Shown here in pieces: positions 35,656 to 44,048 of a stretch of 58,641 nucleotides of DNA. The position numbers were made by a program, and so were the translations under genes. The DNA is from Thermodesulfovibrionia bacterium (GTDB lineage: Bacteria > Nitrospirota > Thermodesulfovibrionia > UBA6902), in NCBI GenBank assembly GCA_945788685.1, contig CALZMZ010000003.1:1-58641 (forward strand). The letters are read 5' to 3'. The notes under the pieces are model-generated. The model was given only the letters and a program-made list of their open reading frames with translations, did no database searches and was not told where the DNA came from. Each line of letters starts with the position of its first letter. Position 1 is the first letter of the stretch.

Positions 35656-36681
35656 TTAGAAAACCGGATTCCATCCTTTTTTATCAATTACAGGTGAAAA
35701 GTCGTTTTCAGAAGCATCCCCGGTCCGGCTTTCCTTGGGGGAGGATGGAGCAGTTTCAGGCTTTTTATCGATTTTCGGTTCTTCGATAACAACCTTGATT
35801 GAATCTTTATCGTTATTACCCCTGGCCGTAACTGTTGATTTGTCTATTATTTGCAATAGTTCCTTTGACATTTTCTTTGCAGGGTCATTGTCGTTTATTA
35901 ACGGGTTTTTAGGTTTCTTCTTCTGGGGGAACTTAAGAATGATGCTTATCCTCCTGTTTCGGGCATCATTCGGGTCCTCCTTTATGAGTGGATCAGTGTC
36001 AGCAAACCCTGCTACACTGACAAGTCTTTCAGGATCGAGCCCATTAGCTTCAAGTTCTCTTCTCGCTGAAGATGCCCTTTCAGTGGAAAGTTCCCAGTTA
36101 CTGTAATTTTTTCCTGCAAAGGGCAGAGCGTCTGTATGTCCCTCAATGCTGACCCGATTTTTAATGGATTTGATATTTTCAGCAATTATGCTCAGGATCT
36201 CGCTGGCCTTTGAAGTCATTTTATTACTTCCGCGCTGGAACATGGTACTGCCTTCATTGTCTGTAAGGTGTATCCTAATTCCATCCCGGACTTTCTCTAT
36301 TAACACCTGGTCTTCAAGATCACCCAGTTTGTCTGAAATCGCTTTACTTAAGCTTTCCTGAATTTCATCAGCAGCATCATCATCTCCCTCCCGTTCTATC
36401 AATACCTTTTCATTTCCCTGTCCAGCTGTATTGAATAAATCTGCTTCTGCACCGCCAAGGAAGGAACTTCCGCTTTCTGAATAGAGGCTGAAATTCTTAT
36501 AATATTCAGATATACGTGCCCTTTTCTCGTCAGAGACCATTGAAAGAAGCCATAAAAGCAGAAAAAAGGCCATCATGGCAGTGACAAAATCAGCGTAAGC
36601 TACTTTCCATGCTCCGCCATGATGACCGCCACCTGTAACTTTCTTTATTTTCTTTATAATAACAGGCTTGCGATTGCTCAT
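35656..36681 (-). CDS. motB: flagellar stator protein MotB with Lys/Pro-rich C-terminal extension
   Basis: 341-aa ORF with 'AWKVAYADFVTAMMAFFLLLWLL' and the OmpA-like 'SIEGHTDALPF...SNWELSTERA...NRRISIIL'. Its start overlaps the motA stop. Confidence 0.85.
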   Translation of the reverse strand: MSNRKPVIIKKIKKVTGGGHHGGAWKVAYADFVTAMMAFFLLLWLLSMVSDEKRARISEYYKNFSLYSESGSSFLGGAEADLFNTAGQGNEKVLIEREGDDDAADEIQESLSKAISDKLGDLEDQVLIEKVRDGIRIHLTDNEGSTMFQRGSNKMTSKASEILSIIAENIKSIKNRVSIEGHTDALPFAGKNYSNWELSTERASSARRELEANGLDPERLVSVAGFADTDPLIKEDPNDARNRRISIILKFPQKKKPKNPLINDNDPAKKMSKELLQIIDKSTVTARGNNDKDSIKVVIEEPKIDKKPETAPSSPKESRTGDASENDFSPVIDKKGWNPVF

Positions 36682-37526
36682 GACCTGAGGGATTCTTCAA
36701 GTTCTGTGAAACCCGGCTTTGCTACGGAAGGGATGACCCGTCTCGCATATTCAACAGCTATTTGCGGTGCAGCGCCTCCAACGAATGACACCAATGCTAT
36801 CTTGATTACTTTAAAAGCGAGCATATCTTCTTCAGCAATATGCTCAAGATTTGTGCCGATAGGTCCGACAAATCCATAACTTAAAAGAACACCGAGAAAT
36901 GTCCCGACCAGTGCCGCACCAATGCTTGCTCCTAATATTTCGGGCGGTTCGCTGACCTTTCCCATAGTTATTACGACGCCTAGAACAGCTGCAACAATTC
37001 CCAGGGCAGGAAGTCCATCCGCAATCTTATTAATACTGTGAGCAGGAATCAGTGCCTCATGATGATGGGCCTCCATCTCGATTTCCATAACATCATCAAG
37101 CTCATGAGGTGTGACATTGGTCGATATTATTACTTTGAGATTATCGCACAGGTAATTCAGGGCATGATGATTTTTGAGAAGGCTCGGGTACTTGGTGAAT
37201 ATGGGACTTTCAGCAGGATTTTCAATATCACCTTCAATGGCTATAAGTCCCTCTTTTCTCATTTTTGAAAAAACCGCATTCAGCACACCTAAAATTTCAA
37301 GGAATTCTCCCTTGCTGGTACTCTTTGATGAAAGCACTCTCATCATGTTCTTAAGCACCAAGCCAAGAATTTTCCCCGGTGACGAAATAATGAATGCTCC
37401 TACTGCGGCCCCACCGATTATAAGCAGTTCCGTAGGTTGAAACAGAACATGCAGGTTACCGTGATGCAGGACGTAACCACCAATAACAGATCCAAAAACA
37501 ACAATCAGGCCTATTATTACGAGCAT
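36678..37526 (-). CDS. motA: flagellar stator protein MotA
   Basis: 282-aa ORF starting 'MLVIIGLIVVFGSVIGGYVLHHGNL'. 'GLPALGIVAAVLGVVITM' and 'GAALVGTFLGVLLSYGFVGP' are classical MotA motifs. SD 'aggaagg' is present. Confidence 0.9.
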   Translation of the reverse strand: MLVIIGLIVVFGSVIGGYVLHHGNLHVLFQPTELLIIGGAAVGAFIISSPGKILGLVLKNMMRVLSSKSTSKGEFLEILGVLNAVFSKMRKEGLIAIEGDIENPAESPIFTKYPSLLKNHHALNYLCDNLKVIISTNVTPHELDDVMEIEMEAHHHEALIPAHSINKIADGLPALGIVAAVLGVVITMGKVSEPPEILGASIGAALVGTFLGVLLSYGFVGPIGTNLEHIAEEDMLAFKVIKIALVSFVGGAAPQIAVEYARRVIPSVAKPGFTELEESLRS

Positions 37527-37587
37527 GTCATTCCTTCCTGATATTTCATAAATTTTCTTCCAGGTTCCGAGATCCTTCTAGGTATAT

Positions 37588-37614
37588 ATTCGGTCAATGA
37601 CAATCAAAACTTTA
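37588..37614 (-). promoter_or_regulatory. sigma28 (FliA)-like promoter for motAB
   Basis: The reverse complement reads TAAAGTTT-tgattgtcatt-GACCGAAT, compared with the consensus TAAAGTTT-N11-GCCGATAA. The -35 element is exact. The -10 keeps the CCGA core. It lies ~60 nt upstream of the motA ATG. Confidence 0.4.
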
Positions 37615-37761
37615 ACCTGGCTTATAATCTCTGGTTCACCATAACATATTTAATTAAAAGGAAAAAATATATTTGTACTTACGTGAAGAACCTGATGTAC
37701 TTGAATTAAGTGATTACATCTATTAATGTTATTTAATCTATATTCTAAGGAGGTTATTGGT

Positions 37762-37950
37762 ATGGAATGCAGGATGGAGAAACATAAGCCCGATTGCAAC
37801 TGCACGTATGAGCCGTGCAGCAGAAAGCATAAATGCTGCGAATGTCTGCATTATCACAGAAGGAACAATGAACTTCCTGCCTGTTTTTTTAACAGTGAAC
37901 AGGAAGCAACATACGACAGGTCTGTCCGTTATTTTATAAGCACACGGTAA
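37762..37950 (+). CDS. small Cys-rich protein (conserved hypothetical)
   Basis: The start at '[32 protein letters not shown]...LPACFF' is preceded by SD 'aaggagg'. There are nine Cys in about 50 residues. Confidence 0.55.
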   Translation: MECRMEKHKPDCNCTYEPCSRKHKCCECLHYHRRNNELPACFFNSEQEATYDRSVRYFISTR

Positions 37951-38163
37951 AAATATGAGCTGTCAGATGATAGACTTTATTGCCGGCAGAATGATATCTT
38001 GTGACACGGAATCTCACTTTAAATTCGGCAAACCGACATTTGGTAATTAGTAATATTTATGTCTGGTTCATGTCTGCAAAAAAAAGTATTGATAATTTTT
38101 TCAAAAAAGTGCAGATTAGTATAGTTCAATGATGAACGCATAAACCTAATGTAGGAGGAGAGA

Positions 38164-38607
38164 ATGGCAAAAAAGAAAGCAGCGAAGAAGAAGGCAGTAA
38201 AGAAAAAAGCAGCAAAGAAAAAGGCAGCTAAGAAGAAAGTAGCTAAGAAGAAAACAGCCAAGAAAAAAACCACTAAGAAAAAAGCCGCAAAGAAAAAGGT
38301 TGCAAAGAAGAAAGTAGCGAAGAAGAAAACTGCAAAGAAAAAAGCCGCTAAAAAGAAGAGAAAACCTAATCCTGCATTTATGAGGCCTGTGAGTATCAGT
38401 GATGCACTGGCACAGATAGTCGGCAGCAAACCTATTCCCAGGACCGAGGTCACAAAAAAGCTCTGGGCATACATTAAGAAGAACAAGCTGCAGGACTCTG
38501 TCAATAAGAGAATGATCAACGCTGATGCCAAGTTGAAAGCAGTTCTCAAGAAAGCCAAGGTATCAATGTTTGAGATGACCAAACTGGTCAGTAAGCATCT
38601 CAGCTAG
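38164..38607 (+). CDS. SWIB/MDM2-domain protein with histone-H1-like Lys/Ala repeat N-terminus
   Basis: 147-aa ORF with SD 'aggagg'. The N-terminus is ~12 tandem A(A/V)KKK pentapeptides. The C-terminal 'RPVSISDALAQIVGSKPIPRTEVTKKLWAYIKKNKLQD' is SWIB-like. Confidence 0.8.
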   Translation: MAKKKAAKKKAVKKKAAKKKAAKKKVAKKKTAKKKTTKKKAAKKKVAKKKVAKKKTAKKKAAKKKRKPNPAFMRPVSISDALAQIVGSKPIPRTEVTKKLWAYIKKNKLQDSVNKRMINADAKLKAVLKKAKVSMFEMTKLVSKHLS

Positions 38608-38840
38608 TTTTTTTACAGGGTTCCATTACCTGTAAAAGAAGTTAGACAGATATTCTGAACAGTCGTTGGTTGAATGTATGAATGGTGCTGGTCTGCGTGC
38701 TGTCACACGTTTTATGCTGTTCATTGCACAAAACAGATCATGTGAACATCTTTTTTGCCATTACACATGATAGCATGTCCAGTCACTATTGCCAGGTGAT
38801 ACTGGATCGGGATCATTGTACCATCAGATAATAATTATGA

Positions 38841-38878
38841 ACAGGAAATTACAATTCTGTAATTTCCTGTTTTTTCTT
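38841..38878 (+). terminator. rho-independent terminator
   Basis: A perfect 13-bp stem pairs ACAGGAAATTACA with TGTAATTTCCTGT around a 4-nt loop, followed by a T-run. Confidence 0.65.
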
Positions 38879-39240
38879 TATTCTGTCCCATGAATTATGT
38901 TCTGCTAAACATCTGCTATAGCTGTAATAGATTCATTGTGGCGATACTAATTATGTTCAGAATTAGAGAACAAAGAAAAATCACTATATCTGTATTATCA
39001 ATGAAATATAACCTATCTCCATTCTGAAGATTGGTTGAAGTTATTAATAAAGAAGACGCCCATCAAATGGTAAAGATTTTAATTGTCAATTCACATCCAT
39101 TCATTTCAATATACATTTCAAAAGTAAGGATTCCTTACACAATGAGAGTCTTGCATTAAACCACGTGTCATTCCTTTTTAATCCTGCTGTTTTCGTCAGA
39201 TCCATGTCTTGAGAAAAACCTTTAACCTTTTTAAAAAAAC

Positions 39241-39268
39241 TAAATAATTAGATGAATAATACCGATAA
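39241..39268 (+). promoter_or_regulatory. sigma28-like promoter upstream of PilZ gene
   Basis: The sequence is TAAATAAT-N12-ACCGATAA, with a -10 that matches 7 of 8 positions of GCCGATAA. The TAAA-N16-CCGA spacing is the same as in the motAB candidate. It lies 68 nt upstream of ATG 39336. Confidence 0.35.
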
Positions 39269-39335
39269 GATTACATATTAATTAAACCGAATAACTTTTG
39301 GCCTTAAGAACTTATTGCAGGAGAAGTAAGACAAA

Positions 39336-39701
39336 ATGAAAAAACAGATGGAAAGAAATATTTATCAGGAAGAAACAGCAGAACGTCCTGCAAGGAAATC
39401 TGCTCAGTTTCCCATTACTCTAATTGTAGGTGACAACAGGTATGCCGGCAATATAATGAATATATCAGTGAACGGAGTCGCAATATTTGTGGATACCCAT
39501 TTCCCTGAAAAAACTATAGATTGTAAAAAAAGAGAAATCCTTACACTTGAGGTACAATCTCCACTTGGAAAATTAATAAAGTTGAAGTGCAGGATCATAT
39601 GGCTCCGCTTTCAACAGTATTCGGAAGGCCTTACAACCAGTATGGGAATGGAAATTATAGATCCGCCAGAAGATTTCATAAACCTGTTCAAAAATTTATA
39701 G
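39336..39701 (+). CDS. single-domain PilZ protein (N-terminal Arg motif degenerate)
   Basis: 121-aa ORF with 'NISVNGVAIF' matching (D/N)xSxxG. The upstream 'ERPARKS' is only an RxxR. The size and beta-rich pattern fit PilZ. Confidence 0.6.
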   Translation: MKKQMERNIYQEETAERPARKSAQFPITLIVGDNRYAGNIMNISVNGVAIFVDTHFPEKTIDCKKREILTLEVQSPLGKLIKLKCRIIWLRFQQYSEGLTTSMGMEIIDPPEDFINLFKNL

Positions 39702-40254
39702 TGTATAAAACATATTATTGCAGCAGGTTATGTATCCGCTTAATCTTTTACCTTGATTAACTCTACTTCAAAATCAGGATCGAATATGGGCCAATTTCAC
39801 GTCCTGCACCACGCTCACCACAGATAGGAACGGAATGTATATAGGGTTGCTCCTTTTCCGGTTCACTTTCAAACGTTAATCATCAAGTTTGATATCTTCT
39901 CAGTTTCTCGATAACATGATTTATTGATTACCTGATGACCTCATTAATTTTGAACATGTATCGGAATAGGCCTGACGATCTATCAATAACGTCAATATCT
40001 ATTCATTCTCATATGTTAGTTTTATCACTTTACTGAATATGTTAATTGTAAATCAATAAGTATTCAGGACAGGTTTTTATACATATAGTTTTGTTGATTT
40101 CTCAAATGACCTTACTTATAATAAATGCATCTTTTCTAATCTCATCAATCTTTAAGCAATGCGAAAAGGGGGAAGGACAAGGTCGCTATTTTCTGCTACA
40201 GTTTTTTATAATAGGTTGCACGAAGGTTGAAAAAACCGTTTAAAATCAATAAGA

Positions 40255-40340
40255 GCCGGAGTGGTGGAATGGCAGACGCGGTGGACTCAAAATCCATTGT
40301 CCGCAAGGACGTGCGGGTTCAACTCCCGCCTCCGGCACCA
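40255..40340 (+). tRNA. tRNA-Leu (anticodon CAA), CCA encoded
   Basis: The acceptor stem pairs GCCGGAG with CTCCGGC. The anticodon loop is CTCAAAA, the variable arm is long, and the T-arm is GCGGGTTCAACTCCCGC. The sequence closely resembles E. coli tRNA-Leu(CAA). Confidence 0.9.
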
Positions 40341-40367
40341 TACTATTAGTGCGATCAATATTATCTT

Positions 40368-40823
40368 ATGATTAATACCATCAAACAGTTTTTTGAAAAA
40401 AACATACAGACGTCGCCTGATTCTTCAGAAAAAATCTCAGAGCATTCTCTTCAACTTGCCACCGCATCATTGATGATCGAGATGATGAGAGCTGATGCTG
40501 AGATCAGTGATGAAGAGCAAAGCTCAATAACAAATGCCATAAAGTCGAAATTTAACCTGAGTGAAGAAGAGACGGAAAATATAATAAAGCTTGCTGAAGA
40601 GGAGATATCCAGAGCAACCGGGTATTTTGAATTTACCTCGCTGATTAATAAAGGATATACATATGATCAGAAGCTGAAGGTTATTGAGCATCTCTGGGAA
40701 GTAGCATTTTCGGATGCGGTTCTTGATAAATATGAAGAGCACATGGTCCGTAAAATAGCAGACCTTATACATGTTTCTCATAAAGATTTTATTGATGCAA
40801 AATTAAGAGTACGCAATAAATAA
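40368..40823 (+). CDS. TerB-family (tellurite-resistance-like) protein
   Basis: 151-aa ORF. '[21 protein letters not shown]' and '[30 protein letters not shown]' form the two-helix-pair pattern of the TerB fold. Confidence 0.6.
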   Translation: MINTIKQFFEKNIQTSPDSSEKISEHSLQLATASLMIEMMRADAEISDEEQSSITNAIKSKFNLSEEETENIIKLAEEEISRATGYFEFTSLINKGYTYDQKLKVIEHLWEVAFSDAVLDKYEEHMVRKIADLIHVSHKDFIDAKLRVRNK

Positions 40824-40852
40824 TGGTCATCTCCTGAAGAGTTGCGACAAGG

Positions 40853-41047
40853 TGAGGGTCCAAGGGGTCAAGGATTCAAGTGAAATATAAAAAATATCAG
40901 AACAGACATCGTCTGGAATTTACTCAGTCATTAAATGAAACAGTTTTATAATAGATAATATATAAAGGAAGTTTAGTCAGGACGTAAAAAGTACTTTATA
41001 ATTGTTAAAAGTATTCACTTCAACCCTTGAATCCTCGAATCCTATTC
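40853..41047. repeat. inverted pair of period-8 arrays (TCAAGGNN / NNCCTTGA) flanking an AT-rich spacer
   Basis: The left arm is 'tccaaggg gtcaagga ttcaagtg' (40859-40882). The right arm is 'cacttcaa cccttgaa tcctcgaa tcctattc' (41016-41047), which is the reverse complement of the same unit family. Confidence 0.5.
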
Positions 41048-41169
41048 AGCAAGTAATGGGAGAAGAACATAAATAATCAGCTCCATTTCTGGCTGTAGGA
41101 TAAACACTTACAATTTGCTCGGACTGATTCCACTTATTAATGTCAGGTGTCAGATGATATAATTCCAAT

Positions 41170-41376
41170 ATGGGACTTCTACAAAAACGGGTTTTGGAAG
41201 TCATTGATAATCTGAACTGGCTTTTGGAATCGCATGACAGCTCCGTTGAACTGCTTGAAGTTAAGGGTAATAAAGTAGTGATTCATTGTGAAGGCCAGTG
41301 CATGGACTGTGAAACAGACTGTGTTAATGTGGCATTCAGAGAGAGAATGCCTGAAGTAGAACTGGTATTCCAGTAA
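41170..41376 (+). CDS. small NifU-C-terminal-like protein (tentative)
   Basis: 68-aa ORF. 'VLEVIDNLNWLLESHDSSVELLEVKGNKVVIHCEGQCMDC' follows the Nfu/NifU C-terminal domain pattern, including CxxC. Confidence 0.45.
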   Translation: MGLLQKRVLEVIDNLNWLLESHDSSVELLEVKGNKVVIHCEGQCMDCETDCVNVAFRERMPEVELVFQ

Positions 41377-41520
41377 TATTAAGCAGGTTAACGTCTTTCC
41401 TTTTTTTCCAACGAAAAGTATCCAAAGCAGCCGATACTTGTCTATCATTGCAAAAAAATATAAAATAGTCTGTACGTTTATTTCGTATAGTGCTTTATTG
41501 CCTATCAGAACGGAATAATA

Positions 41521-42054
41521 ATGAATAATAAATTGAATTATAAAATAGGTATCATTTCTCTTGGACTACTCCTTGCGCTGTCATTACCAGGAGGAAATGT
41601 TGCAGATGGTTTTAATTCAGAAGCATTTGCCGCCGGGACAGGTACAGAAGCTCCCGGGTTTGTTCTGCATAGCCTTTCCGGTGATAAAGTATCATTGCAA
41701 TCATTTAAAGGCAAACCTGTTTTATTGAATTTCTGGGCCACATGGTGTCCGTATTGCAGGAAAGAGCGTGCTCACCTTAATAAACTGTATAAGGAGTACG
41801 AAGATAAAGGGCTGGTCATATTATCAGTGTCTACAGACAGGTCCATTAAAAAGCTGAAAAAATACATGGATGATACACCGGCTGAATTTATTGTGCTGTC
41901 TGACAGGGAAGGTCGTGTATCATCATCCTATAATATAATGGGACTGCCCTCATCACTTCTGATAAATCGAGAGGGAATAATCAAATACAGGTTTACCGGG
42001 TTCAGGGAATGGACAAGTAAGGACTCAAAAAGAGTCATCGACAGTCTTTTTTAA
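41521..42054 (+). CDS. secreted TlpA/ResA-family thiol:disulfide oxidoreductase
   Basis: 177-aa ORF with signal peptide 'IISLGLLLALSLPGG'. The thioredoxin motif is 'NFWATWCPYCRKE', and 'GLPSSLLINREG' is present. Confidence 0.8.
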   Translation: MNNKLNYKIGIISLGLLLALSLPGGNVADGFNSEAFAAGTGTEAPGFVLHSLSGDKVSLQSFKGKPVLLNFWATWCPYCRKERAHLNKLYKEYEDKGLVILSVSTDRSIKKLKKYMDDTPAEFIVLSDREGRVSSSYNIMGLPSSLLINREGIIKYRFTGFREWTSKDSKRVIDSLF

Positions 42055-42149
42055 CTGCTGTACATTGTTGACAAAATATCAATCTATGATTAGAATTTCA
42101 CACACATTTTTAATATTCATATAACTTTTACAATGTAAAGGAGGGGGTT

Positions 42150-42545
42150 ATGTATCCTGATGACCTTAAATACCACAAAGAGCACACATGGGTAAGAGTA
42201 GACGGTAACAGGGCAACAGTTGGAATTACATTTTATGCACAGGAGACTCTTGGAGACATTGTGTATATTGATGAACCGGATATTGATTCATCTGCCGAAT
42301 CCGATATAGAGTTTACCCAGATTGAGTCTACAAAAGCCACTTCAGCAGTTATCAGTCCTGTAAGCGGAAAAGTAATTGAGTTTAATGAAGAGCTCACCGA
42401 TTCACCGGAAATAATTAATGAAGATCCATATGGCAAAGGATGGATAGTTGTAGTTGAGCTGGAAGATGAATCCGAGCTTGACAAGCTGCTGGATGCAGGA
42501 TCGTATGAAAAGTATGTGGAAGAAGAGGTGAAAGAGAAAGAATGA
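42150..42545 (+). CDS. gcvH: glycine cleavage system protein H
   Basis: 131-aa ORF with 'HTWVRVDGNRATVGITFYAQE'. The lipoyl-Lys motif is 'ESTKATSAVISPVSGKV', and 'INEDPYGKGW' is present. SD 'aaggaggg' lies upstream. Confidence 0.9.
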   Translation: MYPDDLKYHKEHTWVRVDGNRATVGITFYAQETLGDIVYIDEPDIDSSAESDIEFTQIESTKATSAVISPVSGKVIEFNEELTDSPEIINEDPYGKGWIVVVELEDESELDKLLDAGSYEKYVEEEVKEKE

Positions 42546-43936
42546 AAATAACTGTACTGGGAGCCGGACCCGGAGGATATGTTGCTGCAATCAAGGCTGC
42601 ACAGCTTGGCGCTGAAGTTACGGTAATTGAAGATGGCGAAGTAGGTGGTACCTGTCTGCACTGGGGATGCATTCCTACCAAAACTCTCATAGCATCAGCC
42701 GAGGTTCTTCATAAAATGAAAAATGCAAAGAATTATGGTCTTGAGCTTGAAGGCACGGTTACTCCCAATATAGAAAAAATAGTTGACAGAAAGAACAAGG
42801 TTGTAAGCACACAGACAAAAGGGATACGCGGACTCTTTAAATCATGGGGTGTCAGTTTAATTGAAGGTCGTGGAGTCATTATTGATCCAAAAACAATCCA
42901 GGTGACGCTTAAGGACGGATCAACACAGGATGTTAATACTGACAAAATAATAATTGCAACCGGATCAAGACCGGCCCAGATTCCTGTTTTTCCCTTTGAC
43001 GGTAAAAGGATAATTTCCAGTGATAATGCAGTAAATCCTGATTCAATTCCTGAAAGTTTGCTTATCGTTGGCGCAGGGGTAATAGGGTGTGAGTTTGCGT
43101 TCATATACAAAGAATTCGGTGCTGAAGTGACCATGGTTGAAATGATGCCAAACGCAGTATCAACAGAGGATGAAGAGATCTCACAGATTCTGGAGAGAGA
43201 ATTGAAGAAAAACAAGATCAAGCTCCTTACCAATACAAGTGTAGAAAAAGTGAATGTCAAAGATAATGGTGTTTCTGTGCAGCTTGCCGACGGAAAATCC
43301 ATAGAGGCTGAAAAGGTGCTTGTATCGATCGGACGTGCTGTTAACAGTGAGAACATCGGACTTGAAGATGTGGGTGTTAATAAGGGACAGCGTGGAGACA
43401 TTATTGTAGATGAAAAACTTCAGACAAGCGTTGACGGCATTTATGCAATTGGAGATGTTATTGGTGGTATAATGCTTGCCCATCTTGCTTCAAAGGAAGG
43501 TATCGTGGCTGCGGAAAATGCCATGGGAGGAAACTCAAAGGTCAACTATGATGTTGTGCCCGCTGCCATCTTTACAAGCCCTGAAATAGGTTCTGTAGGT
43601 CTGAGAGAAAAGCAGGTCGCTGAAAAAGGCATAAATTATAAAGTAGGAAGATTTCAGTTCAGGGGACTGGGAAAGGCCCATGCCATGGGTGAAATTTCCG
43701 GACTGTTTAAGATAATTTCCGAACAGGAGTCAGATAAAATACTCGGTGCTCATATCATCGGTGCTCATGCATCTGACCTGGTTCATGAGATTGCAGTAGC
43801 CATGGAAAAAGGTCTGACCGTAAAGGACATCGCACATACCATTCATGCGCATCCAACTCTTGCAGAGGGAATCATGGAAGCTGCAGAAGATGTCCATGAC
43901 ATGGCAATTCACTCACCGAAGCGCGTAAGTTCGTAA
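42542..43936 (+). CDS. lpdA: dihydrolipoyl dehydrogenase
   Basis: 464-aa ORF with FAD motif 'VLGAGPGGYVAA' and redox disulfide 'GGTCLHWGCIPTK'. The C-terminal 'HAHPTLAE' is present. The start overlaps the gcvH stop (ATGA). Confidence 0.9.
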   Translation: MKITVLGAGPGGYVAAIKAAQLGAEVTVIEDGEVGGTCLHWGCIPTKTLIASAEVLHKMKNAKNYGLELEGTVTPNIEKIVDRKNKVVSTQTKGIRGLFKSWGVSLIEGRGVIIDPKTIQVTLKDGSTQDVNTDKIIIATGSRPAQIPVFPFDGKRIISSDNAVNPDSIPESLLIVGAGVIGCEFAFIYKEFGAEVTMVEMMPNAVSTEDEEISQILERELKKNKIKLLTNTSVEKVNVKDNGVSVQLADGKSIEAEKVLVSIGRAVNSENIGLEDVGVNKGQRGDIIVDEKLQTSVDGIYAIGDVIGGIMLAHLASKEGIVAAENAMGGNSKVNYDVVPAAIFTSPEIGSVGLREKQVAEKGINYKVGRFQFRGLGKAHAMGEISGLFKIISEQESDKILGAHIIGAHASDLVHEIAVAMEKGLTVKDIAHTIHAHPTLAEGIMEAAEDVHDMAIHSPKRVSS

Positions 43937-43968
43937 GATCGTAAGCGCGTAAGATATTAAGTTCACTT
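43921..43968. repeat. period-8 tandem array (NNNCGTAA units) spanning the lpdA stop codon
   Basis: The units are gcgcgtaa gttcgtaa gatcgtaa gcgcgtaa gatattaa gttcactt. The lpdA TAA (43934-43936) is the end of unit 2. Confidence 0.7.
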
Positions 43969-44048
43969 CCCCACTTCCTCACTAAAGGCAGATTTTATGT
44001 TAATTTATATGTCAGCGAGTTATATAATTTATTAAGAGAAAAAATGTT

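Noticed and set aside
38019-38582. 187-aa reverse-strand ORF rich in Phe/Ala repeats ('FFFAAFFL...').
   Set aside because: It is the antisense mirror of the Lys/Ala-repeat coding region of the SWIB gene (AAG/GCN repeats read backwards). It has no RBS, and the forward ORF carries a recognisable domain.
40255-40340. tRNA-Leu flanked by long AT-rich noncoding DNA, considered as an integration site of a genomic island.
   Set aside because: No integrase, no direct repeat of the tRNA 3' end and no phage or mobile genes were seen on either side within the window.
41415-41437. GCCGATAC, a 7/8 match to the sigma28 -10 element, upstream of the tlpA-like gene.
   Set aside because: There is no TAAA-type -35 at the required spacing, and the downstream gene is not motility related. 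It is likely a chance match.
42733-43401. 222-aa reverse-strand ORF. Similar long antisense ORFs occur at 42233-42661, 44165-44608, 45676-46008 and 54827-55585.
   Set aside because: They lie entirely inside confidently identified genes (gcvH, lpdA, kdsA, kdsD, patatin) on the opposite strand. They have low-complexity Ser/Pro/Ile-rich translations, so they are shadow ORFs.
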